The translations under genes were made by a program, and so were the position numbers. A stretch of 52,265 bases of DNA from Armatimonadota bacterium. GTDB lineage: Bacteria; Armatimonadota; Fimbriimonadia; Fimbriimonadales; GBS-DC. The notes beneath the pieces were generated by a model that was not told the origin of the DNA, made no database searches, and worked only from the letters and a program-made list of their open reading frames with translations. Below are positions 9,937-19,006 of this stretch, piece after piece; the stretch's first letter is position 1; every line of letters starts with the position of its first letter. The stretch lies in NCBI GenBank assembly GCA_030550775.1, contig JAUQOS010000005.1, forward strand, positions 1 to 52,265. The letters run 5' to 3'.

Positions 9937-11010
9937 TTGAGCAAGATAGGCGTTGGCTTTATCGGCGCTGGTGGTATCGCGCAAGGACAACACATGCCTG
10001 CATACGCACGGCTTTCTGACCGTGTAGAGTTAGTCGCCGTTGCTGATGTGAATGAGCAGGCAGCGCGCGCAGCTGCCGAGCGGTTTCGCATTCCGCACGT
10101 CTACACCGACTACCGTGAGCTGCTGCGCCACGACAACATCCACTTAGTCGTGGTAGCGACCCCGAACTTTGCCCACCGCGAAGCGACTATCGCCGCGCTG
10201 GAAGCGGGTAAGCATGTGCACTGCGAGAAGCCGTTAGCCCGCAACGCCCGCGAAGCACGCGAAATGGTGCAAGCCGCTCGGCGCACAGGCAAACTGTTGC
10301 ATGTGTCGCTGCAGTGGCGCTTCTCAGGCGTGGCGCAGTTTTTGCATAAGTATGTAGTGGAAGAGGGCAATCTAGGCGAGATTTATTACGCGCGCGCCCA
10401 TGCCTTGCGCCGCCGCGGCATCCCCGGCTGGGGCGTGTTTATTGACAAGGAGAAACAAGGCGGCGGACCGCTCATTGACATCGGCGTGCACATTCTGGAC
10501 ACTACGCTCTGGCTGATGGGCTATCCTAAGCCCGTGTCGGCGTTCGGGGCTACTTACACCAAGTTCGGTAACCGCCCCGATGTGGTCGGGCTAATGGGGC
10601 AGTGGGACTACACCCGCTTCACGGTGGAAGACTTCGCGGTGGGGCTAATCCGCCTCGAAAACGGCGCCACGATTACGCTGGAGTCGAGCTTCTGCGCCAA
10701 CATTCAAGGCGACGAGTTCAATGTGCTGTTGCTGGGCGACAAGGCGGGCGTGTTCGCCGACCCGATGTGCGACCGCCCCGTGCGCATCTTCACCGAGCAT
10801 AATCGCTCGCTCTACGATATCCAGCCCATCAATATTCCAAACATCAACTCCTACCATGCGAATGTGGAGGCGGTGGTAGATGCCGTGCTGAACAACAAGC
10901 CCGCGCCGGTCCCTGGCGAGCATGGCTTCTACCTCAACGCGATTATGGACGCCATCTACGAATCGGCAGAAACTGGGCACGAGGTGCCGATTGACACCTC
11001 GCTTGAGTGA
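9937..11010 (+). CDS. Gfo/Idh/MocA family oxidoreductase
   Basis: GFIGAGGIA, ATPN..H, GKHVHCEKP, GGGPLIDIGVH; TTG start after AAGGAGGAG. Confidence 0.92.
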   Translation: MSKIGVGFIGAGGIAQGQHMPAYARLSDRVELVAVADVNEQAARAAAERFRIPHVYTDYRELLRHDNIHLVVVATPNFAHREATIAALEAGKHVHCEKPLARNAREAREMVQAARRTGKLLHVSLQWRFSGVAQFLHKYVVEEGNLGEIYYARAHALRRRGIPGWGVFIDKEKQGGGPLIDIGVHILDTTLWLMGYPKPVSAFGATYTKFGNRPDVVGLMGQWDYTRFTVEDFAVGLIRLENGATITLESSFCANIQGDEFNVLLLGDKAGVFADPMCDRPVRIFTEHNRSLYDIQPINIPNINSYHANVEAVVDAVLNNKPAPVPGEHGFYLNAIMDAIYESAETGHEVPIDTSLE

Positions 11011-11019
11011 GGCACCCAT

Positions 11020-12237
11020 GTGAGGTCGGTATCGGCGTTTTGGGCGTTGGTGATTATGGCGGGCTTCGCCGAGTTGGGCTATGTAACGCTCAACATCTCG
11101 GCGATGCCCGTTTATTTACGCGAGGTCGTGGGGCTGGGCGAGGCAACAATCACCGCTGTTGGCTCGGTATTTTTGCTGACGGAGGCGATTTTCCGCGCGC
11201 CGATGGGGGCGCTCAGCGACCGTATCGGCAGGCGACGTCTCATCACGCTCGCCCCAATGCTCACCGTCGTCACCTCGCTAGCGACATTGTTGGCGCGCCA
11301 CCCACTGCAGTTTGCGATTTTGCGTGCACTGGATGGGCTGAGCGCTGCAATGTTGTGGCCTGCCGCGTATGCCGCAATCGGCGATAGCGTGCCTGCCCAG
11401 AGACGCTCGTGGGCGATGAGTTTTCTGAATATGACCTACATGGGGGGTATCGCCCTCGGACCATTGGCAGGCGGATTGGCAAACGATCTTACGGGGGCGA
11501 AACAAGCCTCGTTTTATCTTACGGCGTGCCTGTTCGCGATTGCTACGCTGATTGCGTGGCGGTTCTACCCTGACGACGGGCGCAAAGCGGGCAACCCTTC
11601 AATGCGCGAAGGGCACTTTTCGGTACAGGCGTTGCTGAGGGCACTGCGTGCCGCGCCGGGGCATATGCTGCTGGCGTTCACAGTGTTTTTCGGTATCGGG
11701 TTGGTGATGTTGTTGGTCAAACTCTACGCGATGGACGAGTACGGCGTCAGCGAAACGCTGTTCGGAGCGGGCTTAGTGGTGCCCGCGCTGGCAATCGCCG
11801 CGCTTAGCTTGCCGCTGGGGCGGTTAGCAGACAAGCTGGGGCGTGCCCGTAGCATCCGCATCGGGCTGAGCGCAGCTGCACTGGTGCTCTGGAGCGTGGT
11901 CGCGCCTTCAAAGCCTCCCCTAGCGTGGGTAGTGGTCGCCGCAGCACTGGGCGCGATTACCTTCGTGCTGACCTTCGCCGCGTGGATGGCAGAACTGAGC
12001 GAGATTGACCCTGCGCGGCGCGGTATCATCTTGGGCGCAGCGGGCACCACGCAGGGCATCGGCAGCATTCTGGGCGCGCTGCTGGGCGGTTTCCTATATG
12101 AGCATGTGCCTCTGCGGCTGGGCGAGGTGTTCATTCCTGCCCACCGCACGCCATTCCTCGCATGCGCAGCGGTGATTACGCTCAGCGCCCTGCTCAGCTG
12201 GCTGGTGCTCAAGCCCAAACCGGCACGCACAGCGTAG
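11020..12237 (+). CDS. MFS transporter
   Basis: About 12 hydrophobic segments; motif A GALSDRIGRR and GRLADKLGR. Confidence 0.9.
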   Translation: MRSVSAFWALVIMAGFAELGYVTLNISAMPVYLREVVGLGEATITAVGSVFLLTEAIFRAPMGALSDRIGRRRLITLAPMLTVVTSLATLLARHPLQFAILRALDGLSAAMLWPAAYAAIGDSVPAQRRSWAMSFLNMTYMGGIALGPLAGGLANDLTGAKQASFYLTACLFAIATLIAWRFYPDDGRKAGNPSMREGHFSVQALLRALRAAPGHMLLAFTVFFGIGLVMLLVKLYAMDEYGVSETLFGAGLVVPALAIAALSLPLGRLADKLGRARSIRIGLSAAALVLWSVVAPSKPPLAWVVVAAALGAITFVLTFAAWMAELSEIDPARRGIILGAAGTTQGIGSILGALLGGFLYEHVPLRLGEVFIPAHRTPFLACAAVITLSALLSWLVLKPKPARTA

Positions 12238-12240
12238 ACG

Positions 12241-13176
12241 ATGCAAACGCGCTTGCAACGCTTTGAGTTCAACCAAATCCGCATGGGCGTGGATACGCCT
12301 ATCGTGGTCTACGCGCCCGACGAGGAGCACGCGGTGCGCGCCTGCCGCGCTGCCTACACTCGCATTAGTGCACTGGAACAGATGATGAGCGACTACCGTG
12401 CCAACAGCGAGCTGAACTTGTTGTGCCAACGCGCGGTCGGGCGATGGGTTCGGGTTAGCGCTGAGCTATTTTATGTCCTGTGGCGCGCGCAGAAGCTGGC
12501 GCACCAAACTGATGGCGCGTTCGACATCACGGTGGGACCGCTGGTGCGCTTGTGGCGTGAGGCGCGCCGCACAGGCAAGCTGCCCGACGAAGCCGCTTTG
12601 CAAGAAGCGCGAGCGCGCTCGGGCTACCGCCTGCTGGAGTTGAGCCGCGCCAAACGCGCCGTGCGCCTCCACGCGGAGGGCATGCAGCTGGATTTAGGGG
12701 GTATCGCAAAGGGCTACGCATGCGACAGCGCCCTGCGCGTGTTGCGCCAGCACGGAATCCAACACGCGCTCATCCAGATGGGGGGCGATATCGTGGCTGG
12801 TGAGGCACCACCAGGCGAATCGGGCTGGAAAATCGCACTCGCTGCCCCCACGCTTGACGATAGCACCAACTATCTACTGCTCAAAAACGGCGCACTCGCT
12901 ACTTCAGGCAGCACTGAGCAGTATGTGGAAATCGAGGGCGTGCGTTACGCGCACATCATTGACCCGCGCACGGGGCTGGGGCTAACACGCCTGATTTTGG
13001 CGCGCGTGCGCGCCCGCGATGGTATTACCGCCGACAGCCTCGCTACCGCCGCTGCCGTGTTGGGCATGCCCGACGCCAAACGACTGGAACGGCTCTACAA
13101 GGGCGTTCGGGTACAAGTGTGGGAGGCGGGCTTGCGACAAACGGCGACCAAACTCACCCCAAACGGCAGGTTGTAG
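12241..13176 (+). CDS. apbE: FAD:protein FMN transferase (ApbE family), no signal peptide
   Basis: MGV, GAFDITVGPL, LDLGGIAKGYA, GGDI, ATSG, HIIDPRTG, ADSLATA. Confidence 0.9.
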   Translation: MQTRLQRFEFNQIRMGVDTPIVVYAPDEEHAVRACRAAYTRISALEQMMSDYRANSELNLLCQRAVGRWVRVSAELFYVLWRAQKLAHQTDGAFDITVGPLVRLWREARRTGKLPDEAALQEARARSGYRLLELSRAKRAVRLHAEGMQLDLGGIAKGYACDSALRVLRQHGIQHALIQMGGDIVAGEAPPGESGWKIALAAPTLDDSTNYLLLKNGALATSGSTEQYVEIEGVRYAHIIDPRTGLGLTRLILARVRARDGITADSLATAAAVLGMPDAKRLERLYKGVRVQVWEAGLRQTATKLTPNGRL

Positions 13177-13850
13177 CGCAATAGCAAACGCGACTCAGCA
13201 TCCTGAAAGCGAATCAGGGCGCGGTTGAGCCAGTGTGGCAAGGGTATCACTGTGGCAGCGGGCGCGCCCGGGCGCAGCCAATCCAGCCAACGCACTAGCG
13301 CAATCATAGGCAGCAACAAGCATAGCGCATACGAGAGTTTGAGCACCTCAAAGCCCGCCTCGTGCAGGCGCTTGTGCAAAGCACGCGCCGTGTAGCGTCG
13401 GTAGTGCGCCAATGCCACATCGTGCTTGCTCCACAGCCACGAATAGGCGGGCACACTCACAATCAAGACACCTGCGGGCTGCAGCACGCGGTGCAGCTCA
13501 CAAAGCGCTAGACGCTCGTCGGGCAGGTGCTCCAACACATCCAGCGCGAAGGCAACTTGAAACGCCTCCGAAGCGAACGGCAATGCTTCCAGCCGCGCCT
13601 GCACCACGGGCAACGCCCCACGTTGGCGCGTTAGGCGCAACGCTTCGCGCTCCACATCCACGCCGACTGCCAAGCCTAGCGGCTGCAACTCGGCAAGCAG
13701 CGCGCCCGTGCCACACCCCGCGTCTAACACCGCCCCTGAAAGTTGGGGCACATAAGTGTGTAACAATCGCAGCGCGAGGCGACGCCGCGCCACAAACCAC
13801 CAATAGTCGCCCTCGCGCTGGTACATCCGCAGATATTCTTGGGGCTGCAT
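13095..13850 (-). CDS. Class I SAM-dependent methyltransferase
   Basis: YWWFVARR, VLDAGCGTG, LDVLEH, VPAY.WLWSKHD..H.RRY. Confidence 0.88.
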   Translation of the reverse strand: MQPQEYLRMYQREGDYWWFVARRRLALRLLHTYVPQLSGAVLDAGCGTGALLAELQPLGLAVGVDVEREALRLTRQRGALPVVQARLEALPFASEAFQVAFALDVLEHLPDERLALCELHRVLQPAGVLIVSVPAYSWLWSKHDVALAHYRRYTARALHKRLHEAGFEVLKLSYALCLLLPMIALVRWLDWLRPGAPAATVIPLPHWLNRALIRFQDAESRLLLRYNLPFGVSLVAVCRKPASHTCTRTPL

Positions 13851-13851
13851 C

Positions 13852-14739
13852 CTACGCTTGTTGTTCGGCTGCCAGCACCGTGTTTTGCAGCAGCATCGCG
13901 ACCGTCATCGGTCCTACGCCGCCGGGCACGGGCGTAATCGCGCTTGCCACCCGCGCCGCCGACTCGAACGCCACATCGCCCACATCGCCCTTGCGCCCCT
14001 CCACGCGATTGTAGCCCGCGTCAATCACCACTGCGCCGGGCTTGAGCATCTCGCCTGTAATGAACTCTGGCTTGCCCACCGCCGCCACCAGAATATCCGC
14101 TTGGCGCGTGTGGTGCGCCAAGTCGCGCGTGCGCGAGTGGCAAATGGTCACCGTCGCATTGCGATTGAGTAGCATCAGCGCCATCGGTTTGCCCAAAATC
14201 ACGCTGCGCCCCACCACCACCGCGTGCTTGCCCTCAATGGAAATGCCGTAGGCGTCCAGCAAAGTGATGATGCCCAACGGCGTGCACGCACCGAAGGCAG
14301 GTTCGCCTGCCACCAGTGCGCCCAGCGAGGCGGGCGTAATGCCGTCCACATCCTTGCGTGGGTCTAAGCGGTGCAATAGTGCCCCCTCGTTCAGCGGCGC
14401 GGGCACAGGGTGCTGGATCAACACACCATGCACCGTGGGGTCAGCGTTCCAAGCGTCAATCTGCGCTTCCAAGGTGGCTTGAGTGACATCCGCAGGGTAG
14501 TGTTTCACGATAGAGCGAATGCCCACCGACTCGCACGTCTTGGCTTTGGTACGCACATAGGTATGCGAGGCGGGGTCGTCGCCCACCAACATCACCGCCA
14601 GGCATGGCACAACGCCGCGCGCGTGCAGGGCAGCCACACGCTGTTTGAGCTGTTCGCGCACACGCTGCGCCACCGCTTTGCCGTCTAATATCAACGCGTC
14701 CGTTTCGGGCACATAGTTGCGCGGCAGTGGTTCCATCAC
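13852..14739 (-). CDS. folD: Bifunctional methylene-THF dehydrogenase/cyclohydrolase
   Basis: ILDGK, VGDDPAS..YV, KDVDG, CTP.G, GRS.ILGKP, ITPVPGGVGPMT. Confidence 0.96.
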   Translation of the reverse strand: MMEPLPRNYVPETDALILDGKAVAQRVREQLKQRVAALHARGVVPCLAVMLVGDDPASHTYVRTKAKTCESVGIRSIVKHYPADVTQATLEAQIDAWNADPTVHGVLIQHPVPAPLNEGALLHRLDPRKDVDGITPASLGALVAGEPAFGACTPLGIITLLDAYGISIEGKHAVVVGRSVILGKPMALMLLNRNATVTICHSRTRDLAHHTRQADILVAAVGKPEFITGEMLKPGAVVIDAGYNRVEGRKGDVGDVAFESAARVASAITPVPGGVGPMTVAMLLQNTVLAAEQQA

Positions 14740-14787
14740 AGGCGATTATACCTATCGTGCCTGGCTGAGACACTGTGTGAGAAACAA

Positions 14788-14862
14788 ACAGCTGAAGCCG
14801 TTGCTGGACAAGCCAAGCCCGTCGCCGCAGGCTAAAACCAACGCAGGGTGGCTTCGTTAGCA
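14788..14862. repeat. Degenerate REP-like element; related copy at about 9757-9847
   Basis: Reverse complement CGAAGCCACCCTGCGTTGG (14838-14856) matches GCAAGCCACCACGCGTTGG (9829-9847) at 15/19 positions. Confidence 0.4.
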
Positions 14863-14933
14863 TAGGAATGGCTCTGACTGTCTGTCTCTTGTTCTTGAGC
14901 TGAGTTGCCACCGCTGTGTGAGATTCCTCGCCT

Positions 14934-15122
14934 TCAGAGCGGCACGACAGTTCCTGAATGGTGCACTGACATAGGGATTTTGGGGATCACCGCACCGTCG
15001 ACCCACTCGGCGTGGGTGTCTTCGTCCAGCCACTTCAGAAACGCTCGAACGAAATCTCGCCTTGCGGCGGCGTGCGTGCCCCTTCGTAGATAACCTGCTC
15101 CGTCGTGGCTTACCTGCACCAT
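14934..15122 (-). pseudogene. Truncated Uma2 (DUF820) family endonuclease fragment
   Basis: FLKWLDEDTHAEWVDGAVI..P.S..H resembles the Uma2 N-terminus. The ORF stops inside a partial REP copy (14920-14935). Confidence 0.6.
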
Positions 15123-15139
15123 TACACCACGCCGCTGAA

Positions 15140-15172
15140 GGAACCCGCTGGGGCGCGCAATCGTAGTATAAT
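15140..15172 (+). promoter_or_regulatory. ECF-type promoter GGAAC-N17-CGTA adjacent to a TATAAT -10
   Basis: GGAAC 15140-15144, CGTA 15162-15165, TATAAT 15167-15172. Confidence 0.55.
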
Positions 15173-15301
15173 TGCATGGCAGGAGCGAGCCTTCTGCCAC
15201 AGCGGGCAGTATCCTTTCAGAACTGGTGTTGGGGAGTTTCCTTCACACACCGCCGCACGGAAAGCGTTCGCCACGGCGTACCTTGCCACTTGCCAGTGGT
15301 A

Positions 15302-15329
15302 GAAACCTCTACGATTTTTGTTCCGTCTA
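15302..15329 (+). promoter_or_regulatory. Second ECF-type promoter GAAAC-N17-CGTC upstream of prkA
   Basis: GAAAC 15302-15306, CGTCTA 15324-15329. Confidence 0.5.
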
Positions 15330-15468
15330 ACCGATAATCTATAAGACGGCGTCGTTAGGGCAAGCCGCCATCCTTAACAAGTGGGGTGATTCCATGCAGT
15401 CAAGCGAACGCCCAGTGCGGGAGCATTTGAATCGACTGCCCGCGCAACGCACAAGGGGGTCCAAAAGC

Positions 15469-17400
15469 ATGAGCGCAGCCGACTTCTTGCGCCAAATCGA
15501 AGAGCAACGACGGCTGGAAAAACAGATTCACTGGGAAGGCACTTTTCGGGACTATCTGGAGATTGTACAGCGCAACCCGAAAGTAGCAAACCTTGCGCAC
15601 GCCCGCGTGTATGACATGATTATCAGCGCGGGTGTGGAAGAGCGCGGTGAGGGGCAACCGCGGGAGTATAAGTTCTTTACCTCCGAGCTGTTTGGGATGG
15701 ATCGCACCCTACAACAGCTGGTAGAGGAATACTTCGCGCCTGCTGCCAAACGACTGGATGTGCGTAAGCGCATTCTGTTGCTGGTCGGTCCCGTTGGGGG
15801 CGGGAAGTCTACCTTAGTAACGATGCTCAAGCGCGGGCTGGAGCGCTACTCGCGCACCGAAGAAGGAGCCGTCTACGCCATCAAAGATTGCCCGATGCAC
15901 GAGGAACCACTTCACCTTGTGCCCGAAGAGCTACGCGCCGACTTCAAACGCCAATTCGGCGTGCATATCGAGGGCGACCTTTGCCCCGTATGCCAGTGGC
16001 GCCTCAAGCACGAATGGGGCGACAACATCCAGGATGTGCCCGTCGTGCGTATCAAGTTCTCCGAACGCGAGCGCATCGGTATCGGCACTTTCAAACCGTC
16101 CGACCCGAAATCGCAAGATGTATCTGAACTCACCGGCAGCGTGAACCTGAGCCTGCTGACTCAAATTGGCGTCGAATCCGACCCGCGCGTGTACAACTTC
16201 GACGGCGAGCTGAACAAGGCAAACCGCGGCATTATGGAATTCATCGAGATGCTCAAAGCCGACAAGCGGTTCCTGTACGAGCTGAACACCGTCGCGGGCG
16301 AACAGATGATCAAAATCGGACGCTTTGCCCTGATTTACACCGATGTGGTGGTCATCGCCCACACCAACGAATACGAATACAACGCCTACTTCTCCAACAA
16401 AGAGAACGAGGCGATGATTGACCGCATGTTCGTCATCAAGGTGCCGTACAACCTGCAGGTGTCGCAGGAGGTGCGCATCTACGAGAAGCTCATTCAACAA
16501 TCGCAGTGGAGCGACGAAACCCAAGACCTTTCGAAAGTGCATATTGCACCCCATTCGCTGCGCGTGGCAGCGATGTTTGCCGTGCTCAGCCGCCTGAAAC
16601 CGCCGAAAAAGAGCGGTATGTCGCTCATCACTAAGATGAAGCTCTACGACGGCGAGCGTCAAGTGGGCGACTGGGATCAGCGCCATGTGAAGGAGCTGCG
16701 CGAAGAATACCCCGATGAGGGCATGAGCGGCGTGTCGCCGCGCTTTATCCTCAACCGACTCTCGGCAGCGATGGTGCGCGGCAACAAGGGCTACATCACC
16801 CCCATTGATGTGCTGCGCTCCATCCGCGACGGACTTGCCGAATACACCAACAACGAAGAAGAACGCAAGCGATTGCTCGCCTTGCTCGACGATGTGCGCA
16901 AGGAGTACGACGAACTCATCAAGAAAGAGGTGCAGCGATTCTTCGTCTACAGCTACGAGGAAGCCGCCCACGCCCTGCTGGAAAACTACCTCGACAATGT
17001 GGACGCCTACTGCAACAAGACCAAAGTGCGCGACCCCATCACGGGCGAGGAGATGGACCCCGACGAGAAACTGATGCGCAGCATTGAGGAACAGATTGGT
17101 GTGTCCGAAAACGCCAAGCGCGAGTTCCGCGAAGGGATTATGCGCTCGGTGGCGTCGCTGGCACGGCGCGGCGTGCGCTTTGAAATCGGCAGTGACGAAC
17201 GCCTGCGTGAAGCCATCGAACGCAAGCTGTTTGCCGACCTCAAGGATGTGGTGAAAATCACCACCTCCGCGCGTACACCCGACCCCGAACAGCTGCGCAA
17301 AATCAACGAAGTGATTGACCGCATGGTGTCGCAAGGCGGCTACACGCCCGAAAGCGCGAACGAAGTGCTGCGCTATGTCGGCGCGCTGCTGAACCGCTAA
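15469..17400 (+). CDS. prkA: PrkA/YeaG family AAA+ serine protein kinase
   Basis: WEGTF.DYL, AHARVYDMI, LVGPVGGGKS, CPMHEEPL, DGELNKANRG..EF.EMLK, EGM.G.SPR. Alternative start at 15394. Confidence 0.94.
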   Translation: MSAADFLRQIEEQRRLEKQIHWEGTFRDYLEIVQRNPKVANLAHARVYDMIISAGVEERGEGQPREYKFFTSELFGMDRTLQQLVEEYFAPAAKRLDVRKRILLLVGPVGGGKSTLVTMLKRGLERYSRTEEGAVYAIKDCPMHEEPLHLVPEELRADFKRQFGVHIEGDLCPVCQWRLKHEWGDNIQDVPVVRIKFSERERIGIGTFKPSDPKSQDVSELTGSVNLSLLTQIGVESDPRVYNFDGELNKANRGIMEFIEMLKADKRFLYELNTVAGEQMIKIGRFALIYTDVVVIAHTNEYEYNAYFSNKENEAMIDRMFVIKVPYNLQVSQEVRIYEKLIQQSQWSDETQDLSKVHIAPHSLRVAAMFAVLSRLKPPKKSGMSLITKMKLYDGERQVGDWDQRHVKELREEYPDEGMSGVSPRFILNRLSAAMVRGNKGYITPIDVLRSIRDGLAEYTNNEEERKRLLALLDDVRKEYDELIKKEVQRFFVYSYEEAAHALLENYLDNVDAYCNKTKVRDPITGEEMDPDEKLMRSIEEQIGVSENAKREFREGIMRSVASLARRGVRFEIGSDERLREAIERKLFADLKDVVKITTSARTPDPEQLRKINEVIDRMVSQGGYTPESANEVLRYVGALLNR

Positions 17401-17409
17401 CCAGAATCG

Positions 17410-17438
17410 GGCACGGGCAAGTTTGCCCGTGCCTTTTT
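17410..17438 (+). terminator. Intrinsic terminator of prkA
   Basis: GGCACGGGCAA-gt-TTGCCCGTGCC followed by TTTTT. Confidence 0.85.
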
Positions 17439-17503
17439 GAACTGCCACGTTCGCCGTGTCAACGGGGGCGAAAACCTGTAATGCCCGCGTCTCGTGGATG
17501 TAT

Positions 17504-17527
17504 CGTTGGCAGGGACGCCAACGCTAC
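17504..17527 (-). repeat. GTAG-tagged REP palindrome
   Basis: Minus strand GTAG-CGTTGGC-gtccct-GCCAACG. Confidence 0.6.
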
Positions 17528-17586
17528 GAGCGAGGAGCATCGTCAACGGAGCAACCGTACACTTTTGGAAAAGGTACAATCAAGCC

Positions 17587-18582
17587 ATGACCCCGCGCGA
17601 GCGAGTTGAGCAGGCAATTGTGGGGGGCGAGGTCGATCGGCTGCCCTATAGCTTCTGGTACCACTTCCGTACCGAAGCGTGGTTTCCGCGAGCGTTGCAC
17701 GCGGAATATCGCGCGCCCGCCAGCGAGGAGGTGCTGCACGCCTATATTGACGGCATGAGTCGTGCCACCTATGAGTTCTGGCGGCGCTACCAACCCGACC
17801 TGCTCAAAGTAATGCACGATATTCCTTACGAAACGCCCACAGGCTTTTCATTTGTGCACAGCGTCGACGACTGGGCGAAACTGCCTCCGTTGGAGCCAGA
17901 CAAGGGGCATTTTGGGGCACAAATTGAAATGCTCAAGCGCCTGCGGGCGATGGTGCCCCCTGAGGTGCCCATCGTGGAGACGGTGTTCAATGTTTTTTAT
18001 TATGCTAACAAGCTCTGCGAGGGCAAGTTGCTGCAGCACCTTGCGCTTGCCCCCGACGCCGTGCAACAAGGGCTGCAAACTATTCAAGCCAATCTGCAGC
18101 TCTACGCGCGCTTGGTGCTTACCGTGTGCGACGGCATCTATTACGCGGTGAACGGCATCGGCTCCGACGCAGCGCCACGCCATGTGTACCAGGAGTATTT
18201 CGCGCCACTGGATCGGGCGTTCTTGGAGTCGGTGTCGGATGGCAAGTTCAATGTGCTCCACTTGCACGGCTACGGCGAGTTGTATGCCGACCTACTTGCC
18301 GACGCCCCTGTCGCAATCGTGTGCTGGAGCGACCGCGCCACCACACTGAGCCTTGCCGAGGGCAAACGGCTATTTGACCGCTGCGTGATGGGCGGGTTGA
18401 ACGAGTTAGAGTTTCCGCACCTATGCCGCGAGCGGATTTTCCAGCAAGCTCACGAAGCATTGGATAGTGTCGGCAGGCGGGGTTATATTTTGGCTCCCGG
18501 CTGCTCCGTGCCTACCGACACCAATCCTGAACTGCTGCTGGCAATCCGTGAGTTCGCGCTCAGCACGCAGAAAGCCCGCTGA
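17587..18582 (+). CDS. Uroporphyrinogen decarboxylase family protein (URO-D-like, not canonical HemE)
   Basis: MTPRERV..AI.G.EVDRLP.SFWYHF, VLHLHG, C.MGG, YILAPGCSVP; TACAAT 6 nt before the ATG. Confidence 0.85.
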   Translation: MTPRERVEQAIVGGEVDRLPYSFWYHFRTEAWFPRALHAEYRAPASEEVLHAYIDGMSRATYEFWRRYQPDLLKVMHDIPYETPTGFSFVHSVDDWAKLPPLEPDKGHFGAQIEMLKRLRAMVPPEVPIVETVFNVFYYANKLCEGKLLQHLALAPDAVQQGLQTIQANLQLYARLVLTVCDGIYYAVNGIGSDAAPRHVYQEYFAPLDRAFLESVSDGKFNVLHLHGYGELYADLLADAPVAIVCWSDRATTLSLAEGKRLFDRCVMGGLNELEFPHLCRERIFQQAHEALDSVGRRGYILAPGCSVPTDTNPELLLAIREFALSTQKAR

Positions 18583-18585
18583 GCC

Positions 18586-18936
18586 TTAGCCTTCCTCAAT
18601 GGGCGAGAAGTAAATTACCGTGACCAAATCGTCCATAGAGACGGGGCGGTCGTAGATGCGCTCCAGCAGCGCGATGACATCCTCCACGGTGCGGAACTCT
18701 GGATTCTCGCGCTCGATATCGCGCGGGCTAAGGTCGGAAATCGGCTTGACCTCCACACGGTCTAAAATCGCCGTGAAGAGGCGTTTGCGCTTGCCGAAGC
18801 GGGGTCCAACGGTAATCCACACAATCTGCCCCGCCATGTACTTGCGCGACTTATCGCCCAGCCGAATGGTCGCCGTTTTGCGCTGGGAACGCAGCATATC
18901 CTCATACAAGTCCGTGTAAAAGTTCAACGCAAACAT
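18586..18936 (-). CDS. ASCH domain protein
   Basis: LNFY...LRSQRKTATIRLGDK, ..V.VKP...LS..DI..E, VTVIYF. Confidence 0.85.
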   Translation of the reverse strand: MFALNFYTDLYEDMLRSQRKTATIRLGDKSRKYMAGQIVWITVGPRFGKRKRLFTAILDRVEVKPISDLSPRDIERENPEFRTVEDVIALLERIYDRPVSMDDLVTVIYFSPIEEG

Positions 18937-19006
18937 AGGGATCAGCCCTCGCGTGATTATTCCACAGTGGGGATTCGCCGTTGCAATTGTACCTCCTGCT
19001 GAGGCG

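Noticed and set aside
13095-13176. Functional significance of convergent 3' overlaps (also 28307-28352, 8133-8142)
   Set aside because: Short low-information tails that are common in compact genomes; no further evidence.
14755-14920. THF or ZTP riboswitch upstream of folD
   Set aside because: No consensus motifs; the -10 abuts the start codon and the region matches a degenerate repeat.
15176-15337. 53-aa ORF upstream of prkA
   Set aside because: No SD, atypical composition, and it overlaps the second promoter.
15931-17448. Long antisense ORFs (also 4184-5008, 20717-21592, 45517-46278 and others)
   Set aside because: Shadow frames of well-supported genes in GC-rich DNA.
17471-17496. Fourth ECF promoter AAAAC-N17-CGTG
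   Set aside because: Weak match at both elements; the downstream gene already has a TACAAT leaderless-type promoter.
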